Under the pieces are notes generated by a model. The model was not told the DNA's origin and did not search any database. It saw only the letters and a list, made by a program, of their open reading frames with translations. Both the position numbers and the translations under genes were made by a program. This document shows, piece after piece, positions 55,801 to 64,000 of a DNA stretch of 64,000 nucleotides (its first letter is position 1; each line of letters opens with the position of its first letter). This stretch comes from Eledone cirrhosa (lineage: Eukaryota): positions 124,001-188,000 of the forward strand of contig OZ024741.1 in NCBI GenBank assembly GCA_964016885.1, in the 5' to 3' direction.

Positions 55801-58800
55801 CAATAACACCAACACCAACAATAACACCAACACCAACAATAACACCAACAACAACAATAACACCAACAACAACAATAACATCAACAACAACAATAACATC
55901 AACAACAACAATAACATCAACAACAACACCAACACCAACAATAACACCAACACCAACAATAACACCAACAACAACAATAACATCAACAACAACAATAACA
56001 TCAACAACAACAATAACATCAACAACAACACCAACACCAACAATAACACCAACAAAAACAATAACACCAACACCAACAATAACACCAACACCAACAATAA
56101 CACCAACAACAACAATAACACCAACAACAACAATAACACCAACACCAACAATAACACCAACACCAACAATAACACCAACAACAACAATAACATCAACAAC
56201 AACAATAACACCCACAACAACAATAACACCAACACCAACAATAACACCAACACCAACAATAATACCAACAACAACAATAACATCAACAACAACAATAACA
56301 TCAACAACAACAATAACATCAACAACAACAATAACATCAACAACAACACCAACACCAACAATAACACCAACAACAACAATAACACCAACACCAACAATAA
56401 CACCAACAACAACAATAACACCAACAACAACAATAACACCAACAACAACAATAACACCAACAACAACAATAACACCAACAATAACACCAACAACAACAAT
56501 AACATCAACAACAACAATAACACCAACACCAACAATAACACCAACAACAACAATAGCATCAACAACAGCAATAACACCAACACCAACAATAACACCAACA
56601 ACAACAATAACATCAACAACAACAATAACACCAACAACAACAATAACAACAACAACAACAATAACACCAACACCAACAATAACACCAACAACAACAATAA
56701 CATCAACAACAACAATAACACCAACACCAACAATAACACCAACAATAACACCAACAACAACAATAACACCAACAACAACAATAACACCAACAACAACAAT
56801 AACATCAACAACAACAATAACATCAACAACAACAATAACACCAACAATAACACCAACACCAACAATAACACCAACAACAACAATAACACCAACACCAACA
56901 ATAACACCAACACCAACAATAACACCAACACCAACAATAACACCAACAATAACAATAACACCAACAACAACAATAACACCAACAACAACAATAACACCAA
57001 CAACAACAATAACACCAACAACAACAATAACACCAACACCAACAATAACACCAACAATAACACCAACAACAACAATAACACCAACACCAACAATAACACC
57101 AACAACAACAATAACACCAACAACAACAATAACATCAACAACAACAATAACATCAACAACAACAGTAACATCAACAACAACACCAACACCAACAATAACA
57201 CCAACAACAACAATAACACCAACACCAACAATAACACCAACAACAACAATAACACCAACAACAACAATAACACCAACACCAACAATAACACCAACAACAA
57301 CAATAACACCAACAACAACAATAACATCAACAACAACAATAACATCAACAACAACAATGACATCAACAACATCACCAACACCAACAATAACACCAACACC
57401 AACAATAACACCAACACCAACAATAACACCAACACCAACAATAACACCAACACCAACAATAACACCAACAACAACAATAACACCAACAACAACAATAACA
57501 CCAACACCAACAATAACACCAACACCAACAATAACACCAACAACAACAATAACACCAACACCAACAATAACACCAACAACAACAATAACACCAACAATAA
57601 CACCAACAACAACAATAACATCAACAACAACAATAACACCAACACCAACAATAACACCAACAACAACAATAACACCAACACCAACAATAACACCAACACC
57701 AACAATAACACCAACAACAACAATAACACCAACACCCACAATAACACCAACAACAACAATAACACCAACAATAACACCAACAACAATAACATCAACAACA
57801 ACAATAACACCAACACCAACAATAACACCAACAACAACAATAACATCAACAACAACAATAACACCAACACCAACAATAACACCAACAACAACAATAACAC
57901 CAACAACAACAATAACACCAACACCAACAATAACACCAACACCAACAATAACACCAACAACAACAATAACACCAACACCAACAATAACACCAACAACAAC
58001 AATAACACCAACAATAACACCAAAACCAACACCAACAATAACACCAACAACAACAATAACACCAACAACAACAATAACACCAACAACCACAATAACATCA
58101 ACAACAACAATAACACCAACACCAACAATAACACCAACAACAACAATAACACCAACAACAACAATAACACCAACACCAACAATAACACCAACACCAACAA
58201 TAACACCAACACCAACAATAACACCAACAACAACAATAACACCAACACCAACAATAACACCAACAACAACAATAACACCAACAATAACACCAACACCAAC
58301 ACCAACAATAACACCAACAACAACAATAACACCAACATCAACAATAACACCAACAACAACAATAACATCAACAACAACAATAACATCAACAACAACAATA
58401 ACACCAACAATAACACCAACACCAACAACAACAATAACACCACCACCAACAATAACACCAACAATAACACCAACACCAACAATAACACCAACACCAACAA
58501 TAACACCAACAACAACTATAACACCAACAACAACAATAACACCAACAACAACAATAACATCAACAACAACAATAACACCAACACCAACAATAACACCAAC
58601 ACCAACAATAACACCAACAACAACAATAACACCAACAACAACAATAACACCAACACCAACAATAACACCAACAACAACAATAACACCAACACCAACAATA
58701 ACACCAACAACAACAATAACACCAACAACAACAATAACACCAACAACAACAATAACACCAACAACAACAATAACATCAACAACAACACCAACAACAACAA

Positions 58801-61800
58801 TAACACCAACAACAACAATAACACCAACAATAACACCAACAACAACAATAACATCAACAACAACAATAACACCAACACCAACAATAACACCAACAATAAC
58901 ACCAACAACAACAATAACACCAACAACAACAATAACACCAACAACAACAATAACATCAACAACAACAATAACATCAACAACAACAATAACACCAACAATA
59001 ACACCAACACCAACAATAACACCAACAACAACAATAACACCAACACCAACAATAACACCAACACCAACAATAACACCAACACCAACAATAACACCAACAA
59101 TAACAATAACACCAACAACAACAATAACACCAACAACAACAATAACACCAACAACAACAATAACACCAACAACAACAATAACACCAACACCAACAATAAC
59201 ACCAACAATAACACCAACAACAACAATAACACCAACACCAACAATAACACCAACAACAACAATAACACCAACAACAACAATAACATCAACAACAACAATA
59301 ACATCAACAACAACAGTAACATCAACAACAACACCAACACCAACAATAACACCAACAACAACAATAACACCAACACCAACAATAACACCAACAACAACAA
59401 TAACACCAACAACAACAATAACACCAACACCAACAATAACACCAACAACAACAATAACACCAACAACAACAATAACATCAACAACAACAATAACATCAAC
59501 AACAACAATGACATCAACAACATCACCAACACCAACAATAACACCAACACCAACAATAACACCAACACCAACAATAACACCAACACCAACAATAACACCA
59601 ACACCAACAATAACACCAACAACAACAATAACACCAACAACAACAATAACACCAACACCAACAATAACACCAACACCAACAATAACACCAACAACAACAA
59701 TAACACCAACACCAACAATAACACCAACAACAACAATAACACCAACAATAACACCAACAACAACAATAACATCAACAACAACAATAACACCAACACCAAC
59801 AATAACACCAACAACAACAATAACACCAACACCAACAATAACACCAACACCAACAATAACACCAACAACAACAATAACACCAACACCCACAATAACACCA
59901 ACAACAACAATAACACCAACAATAACACCAACAACAATAACATCAACAACAACAATAACACCAACACCAACAATAACACCAACAACAACAATAACATCAA
60001 CAACAACAATAACACCAACACCAACAATAACACCAACAACAACAATAACACCAACAACAACAATAACACCAACACCAACAATAACACCAACACCAACAAT
60101 AACACCAACAACAACAATAACACCAACACCAACAATAACACCAACAACAACAATAACACCAACAATAACACCAACACCAACACCAACAATAACACCAACA
60201 ACAACAATAACACCAACAACAACAATAACACCAACAACCACAATAACATCAACAACAACAATAACACCAACACCAACAATAACACCAACAACAACAATAA
60301 CACCAACAACAACAATAACACCAACACCAACAATAACACCAACACCAACAATAACACCAACACCAACAATAACACCAACAACAACAATAACACCAACACC
60401 AACAATAACACCAACAACAACAATAACACCAACAATAACACCAACACCAACACCAACAATAACACCAACAACAACAATAACACCAACATCAACAATAACA
60501 CCAACAACAACAATAACATCAACAACAACAATAACATCAACAACAACAATAACACCAACAATAACACCAACACCAACAACAACAATAACACCACCACCAA
60601 CAATAACACCAACAATAACACCAACACCAACAATAACACCAACACCAACAATAACACCAACAACAACTATAACACCAACAACAACAATAACACCAACAAC
60701 AACAATAACATCAACAACAACAATAACACCAACACCAACAATAACACCAACACCAACAATAACACCAACAACAACAATAACACCAACAACAACAATAACA
60801 CCAACACCAACAATAACACCAACAACAACAATAACACCAACACCAACAATAACACCAACAACAACAATAACACCAACAACAACAATAACACCAACAACAA
60901 CAATAACACCAACACCAACAACAACAATAACATCAACAACAACACCAACACCAACAATAACACCAACAACAACAATAACACCAACAACAACAATAACACC
61001 AACAACAACAATAACACCAACACCAACAATAACATCAACAACAACAATAACACCAACACCAACAATAACACCAACAATAACACCAACAACAACAATAACA
61101 CCAACAAAAACAATAACACCAACACCAACAATAACACCAACAACAACAATAACACCAACAACAACAATAACACCAACAACAACAATAACACCAACAACAA
61201 CAATAACACCAACACCAACAATAACATCAACAACAACAACAATAACACCAACACCAACAATAACACCAACAATAACACCAACAACAACAATAACACCAAC
61301 AACAACAATAACACCAACACCAACAATAAAACCAACAACAACAATAACACCAACAACAACAATAACACCAACAACAACAATAACACCAACAACAACAATA
61401 ACACCAACACCAACAATAACACCAACAACAACAATAACACCAACAATAACACCAACACCAACAATAACACCAACAACAACAATAACACCAACAATAACAC
61501 CAACAACAACAATAACACCAACAATAAAACCAACAACAACAATAACACCAACAACAACAATAACACCAACAACAACAATAACACCAACACCAACAATAAC
61601 ATCAACAACAACAATAACACCAACAACAACAATAACACCAACAACAACAATAACACCAACAACAACAATAACACCAACACCAACAATAACACCAACAACA
61701 ACAATAACACCAACACCAACAATAACACCAACAACAACAATAACACCAACAACAACAATAACACCAACAACAACAATAACACCAACAACAACAATAACAC

Positions 61801-62699
61801 CAACACCAACAATAACATCAACAACAACAATAACACCAACACCAACAATAACACCAACAATAACACCAACAACAACAATAACACCAACAACAACAATAAC
61901 ACCAACACCAACAATAAAACCAACAACAACAATAACACCAACAACAACAATAACACCAACAACAACAATAACACCAACACCAACAATAACATCAACAACA
62001 ACAATAACACCAACTACAACAATAACACCAACAACAACAATAACACCAACACCAACAATAACACCAACAATAACACCAACAACAACAATAACACCAACAC
62101 CAACAATAACACCAACAACAATAACACCAACAACAACAATAACACCAACACCAACAATAACACCAACAACAACAATAACACCAACACCAACAATAACACC
62201 AACAACAACAATAACACCAACAACAACAATAACACCAACAACAACAATAACACCAACAACAACAATAACACCAACACCAACAATAACATCAACAACAACA
62301 ATAACACCAACACCAACAATAACACCAACAATAACACCAACAACAACAATAACACCAACAACAACAATAACACCAACACCAACAATAACACCAACACCAA
62401 CAATAACACCAACACCAACAATAACACCAACACCAACAATAACACCAACAACAACAATAACACCAACACCAACAATAACACCAACAACAACAATAACACC
62501 AACACCAACAATAACACCAACAACAACAATAACACCAACACCAACAATAACACCATCAACAACAATAACACCAACACCAACAATAACACCAACAACAACA
62601 ATAACACCAACAACAACAATAACACCAACAATAACAGCAATAATAATAACAATAACTGTTTCTACTATAGCCCAAGGTCAACAATTTGAAAGACTTTAA
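40263..62699 (+). other. Apparently stop-free Thr/Pro/Ile/Ser frame (7,479 codons incl. stop), mucin PTS-like; coding status unsupported
   Basis: This is the frame of track ORF 55275..62699 (ITPTTT/ITPTPT/ITSTTT repeats). It extends upstream with no visible stop to the CCATACCA frameshift at 40261 and ends inside the antisense SINE. No signal peptide or globular domain is visible. Confidence refers to being genuinely coding. Confidence 0.15.
56680..60950. repeat. 2,151-bp tandem duplication (approximate limits)
   Basis: The marker ACAGTA (G 57165/59316) and the marker ACTATA (ORF ends 58516/60667) are both offset by 2,151. The ATG, CCCACA and CCACCACCA variants are also paired. Confidence 0.9.
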
Positions 62700-62788
62700 G
62701 GGAAAGTAGATTAAATCAACACCAGTACATTACTGGTACTTTATTTTATCGACCACGTAAGGATGAACGGCAAAGTTAACCACGGCGG

Positions 62789-62799
62789 GGTTTGAACTC
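62789..62799 (-). promoter_or_regulatory. RNA polymerase III B box of the SINE
   Basis: The minus-strand sequence GAGTTCAAACC fits GTTCRANNC and lies ~50 nt downstream of the A-box-like motif. Confidence 0.75.
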
Positions 62800-62849
62800 A
62801 GGTAAAGGGCCATAAGTCTATGCCGCGTAGCAGGGTGTCCGACGCTCTA

Positions 62850-62861
62850 CCGTTACTGGCA
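62850..62861 (-). promoter_or_regulatory. Degenerate RNA polymerase III A box of the SINE
   Basis: The minus-strand sequence TGCCAGTAACGG lies ~8 nt from the inferred 5' end and is an imperfect match to TRGCNNARYGG. Confidence 0.5.
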
Positions 62862-62869
62862 AACCACTG

Positions 62870-63326
62870 ATAATAATAATGATGATGATGATGATGATGG
62901 TGGTGATGGTGGTGATGATGGTGATGGTGGTGATGGTGATGGTGGTGATGGTTATGGTGATCGTGATGATGGTGATGGTGATGATGATGATGATGGTGAT
63001 GGTGGTGGTGGTGATGATGGTGGTGATGATGATGGTGATGGTGGTGATGGTGGTGATGGCGATGGTGGTGGTGATGGTGGTGATGGTGGTGATGGTGGTG
63101 ATGATGGTGGTGGTGATGATGGTGGTGATGGTGGTGGTGATGGTGATGATGGTGATGGTGATGATGATGGTGATGGTGGTGATGGTGGTGATGGTTATGA
63201 TGGTGATGATGGTGGTGATGATGTTGATGGTGATGGTGCTGATGGTGATGGTGATGGTGGTGATGGTGGTGGTGATGGTGGTGATGGTGATGGTAGTGGT
63301 GATGGTGGTGATGGTGATGATGATGA
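62870..63326. repeat. Compound trinucleotide microsatellite (AAT)n-(GAT/GGT)n
   Basis: Seen directly: a short (AAT)n run, then ~450 bp of mixed GAT and GGT triplets with few substitutions. Confidence 0.98.
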
Positions 63327-63375
63327 AAAAATCAACAATAAAAGAAAACAATTTCAATAAACTTCGGATAGAATT

Positions 63376-63430
63376 TATGTATGTATGTATGTATGTATAT
63401 ATGTGTATGTATGTATGTATGTATGTATGT
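63376..63430. repeat. (TATG)n tetranucleotide microsatellite
   Basis: Seen directly, with a short TATATATGTG interruption. Confidence 0.98.
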
Positions 63431-63432
63431 CA

Positions 63433-63510
63433 GGTCACCAGTTGGTGCTACTGGTAACATGTATCCTAGTACAACCTGTCTCATGGTCGGGTCGTTGGCG
63501 ACTAAACTGG
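63433..63510 (+). ncRNA. Candidate decayed HDV-like self-cleaving ribozyme at the element's 5' end
   Basis: Elements appear in HDV order: P1 GGTCAC (63433-38)/ATGGTC (63483-88), a J1/2 hairpin with a CAGT/ACTG core, P2 CTAGT (63466-70)/ACTGG (63506-10), CC (63475-76) able to pair with GG (63489-90) as P1.1, P4 TCG-TTGG-CGA (63492-63501) and J4/2 C-TAA (63502-05). P3 does not pair properly and P1 is weak. Confidence 0.4.
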
Positions 63511-63869
63511 CAACCCCACCAAGGTTTCTTGGTGCGGAGGGTGACTTTGGACATCCTGCAGGACTAAAAACAAAACCTGTCAAAGGGCAAAGGAGCTCTT
63601 AAGAGTCAATGGCCATCCAAAATCACCGTGAGAGATGACCCCTTAGCCTTTGTCAAGACAGAATTCTAGGAGACGGAAAACTCTGATATAACACCTGCAA
63701 CCCTGATGGTATCCAATGATGTTGACTTGTTCTTCTTTTTGGTAAATATCATCTTGGTTAAGAGAGTGGGACTGGCTTTGTGCAGTGCCTTTGCTCACTA
63801 TAAAAGCTTCACGGCACAGGCATTGCTTTGTATCTGGAGATCTCTCTGCACTTGTCCTCACATGGTACC

Positions 63870-63977
63870 ATGGGCCCAGCACTATGTGTCAATAATTGTC
63901 ACAAGTGTAGTGTTTGTACCAGAGTTTTCAAGTCGCTGGCTGGACTAAAAAGTCACACTCGTTCAGCCCATTGGTAG
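63870..63977 (+). pseudogene. C2H2 zinc-finger remnant, likely the C-terminus of a LINE ORF
   Basis: Manual translation gives MGPALCVNNCHKCSVCTRVFKSLAGLKSHTRSAHW*, which contains C-x2-C-x3-F-x5-L-x2-H-x4-H. An in-frame TAA at 63801-63803 closes the frame upstream. It is too short to appear in the ORF track. Confidence 0.7.
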
Positions 63978-64000
63978 GGGTTCTCCTACATGGATATAAA

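Larger units (their letters stand above)
1..62650. repeat. Giant compound triplet-based minisatellite/satellite array (>62.6 kb, continues past the left edge); 18-bp monomer ATAACA[C/T]CAACA[A/C]CAACA plus 12-bp ATAACACCAACA
   Basis: Seen directly: an uninterrupted run of ACA/ATA/CCA/TCA (rarely GCA) triplets. The commonest monomers are ATAACACCAACAACAACA, ATAACACCAACACCAACA, ATAACATCAACAACAACA and ATAACACCAACA. The main monomer is 11/18 A, 6/18 C and 1/18 T. G appears only in scattered point variants. No unique insertion was seen before ~62651. Confidence 0.99.
62651..62869 (-). mobile_element. tRNA-derived SINE, diverged, apparently full length (Octopus/cephalopod-type)
   Basis: The minus strand shows an A-box-like TGCCAGTAACGG and a B-box GAGTTCAAACC. 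It also has a central TTTGCCGTTCATCCTTACGTGGTCGATAAAATAAAGTACCAGT, matching a recalled SINE core (GCCTTTCATCCTTTCGGGGTCGATAAAATAAGTACCAGT). The 3' end reads CCTTGGGCTATAGTAGAAACAG, followed by a (TTA/TTG)n tail. ATAATAATAA flanks it at 62640-62649 and 62870-62879. The family and taxon are from recall, not a search. Confidence 0.85.
63431..64000 (+). mobile_element. Probable non-autonomous, internally deleted RTE-clade LINE derivative (5'UTR-like part joined to ORF C-terminus/3' end); runs off the window
   Basis: Three motifs resemble recalled RTE 5'UTRs: CTGGCAACCCC (~63507-63517), CTAGGAGACGGAAAACTCTGA (63666-63686) and GTGCAGTGCCTTTGCTCACTATAAAA (~63780-63805). A terminal C2H2 finger and stop follow within ~100 bp. 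No endonuclease or RT sequence lies between them. Confidence 0.6.

Noticed and set aside
1-62650. CRISPR array or other repeat-spacer system
   Set aside because: There are no unique spacers, no palindromic repeat, no cas genes and no prokaryotic context.
1-62650. Poly-Gln/His ORF under a TAA=Gln (ciliate-type) genetic code
   Set aside because: The flanking SINE and RTE-like elements suggest an animal genome, and nothing independent supports a reassigned code.
719-62652. Very long minus-strand ORFs (poly-Val/Gly/Ile/Asp up to 6,670 aa; poly-Leu/Val/Met; short Cys/Trp/Tyr)
   Set aside because: These are automatic translations of a TGT/TGG/TAT/TGA triplet array that has no stops in those frames. 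They overlap in several frames, have no domains and are implausibly hydrophobic.
62721-62737. Perfect hairpin ACCAGTA-CAT-TACTGGT, similar to ACCAGT...ACTGGT at 63437-63455
   Set aside because: It lies inside the SINE body. A 6-bp match to the downstream stem is too short to imply a relationship, and it is not a terminator.
62780-62869. Functional tRNA gene
   Set aside because: A/B-box-like motifs are present, but no cloverleaf or acceptor stem could be built. The sequence continues into a SINE core and tail.
62818-63457. ORFs 62818..63357 (Ile/Thr) and 62879..63457 (Met/Val)
   Set aside because: They are translations of the (GAT/GGT)n and (TATG)n microsatellites.
63332-63948. Five short 60-83 aa ORFs in the unique tail
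   Set aside because: They have no recognisable motifs and overlap a microsatellite and a probable retroelement UTR. The only protein-like signal is the C2H2 remnant in another frame.

Overview
This is eukaryotic, repeat-only DNA with no credible conventional gene. Bases 1-62650 are one giant compound minisatellite that is open at the left window edge. It is built almost entirely from the triplets ACA/ATA/CCA/TCA, with a main 18-bp monomer ATAACA[C/T]CAACA[A/C]CAACA and a 12-bp short form. G is almost absent on the + strand. Rare marker variants show nested higher-order duplications: ~2.1-kb units, a 4,256-bp tandem copy, and two copies of a ~15-kb ancestral block. The right end of the array grades directly into the 3' tail of a minus-strand tRNA-derived SINE (62651-62869), which resembles from memory the abundant Octopus SINEs. 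After the SINE come a (GAT/GGT)n tract, a (TATG)n tract and a probable internally deleted RTE-clade LINE derivative. That element has a 5'UTR-like segment with a decayed HDV-like ribozyme fold, joined to a terminal C2H2 zinc-finger remnant. The huge ORFs in the ORF track are by-products of the triplet structure. The + strand Thr/Pro/Ile/Ser (mucin-like) frame is the only one worth testing. Family assignments are from recall and need database confirmation. Duplication boundaries are approximate, while the offsets were counted by hand from marker bases.
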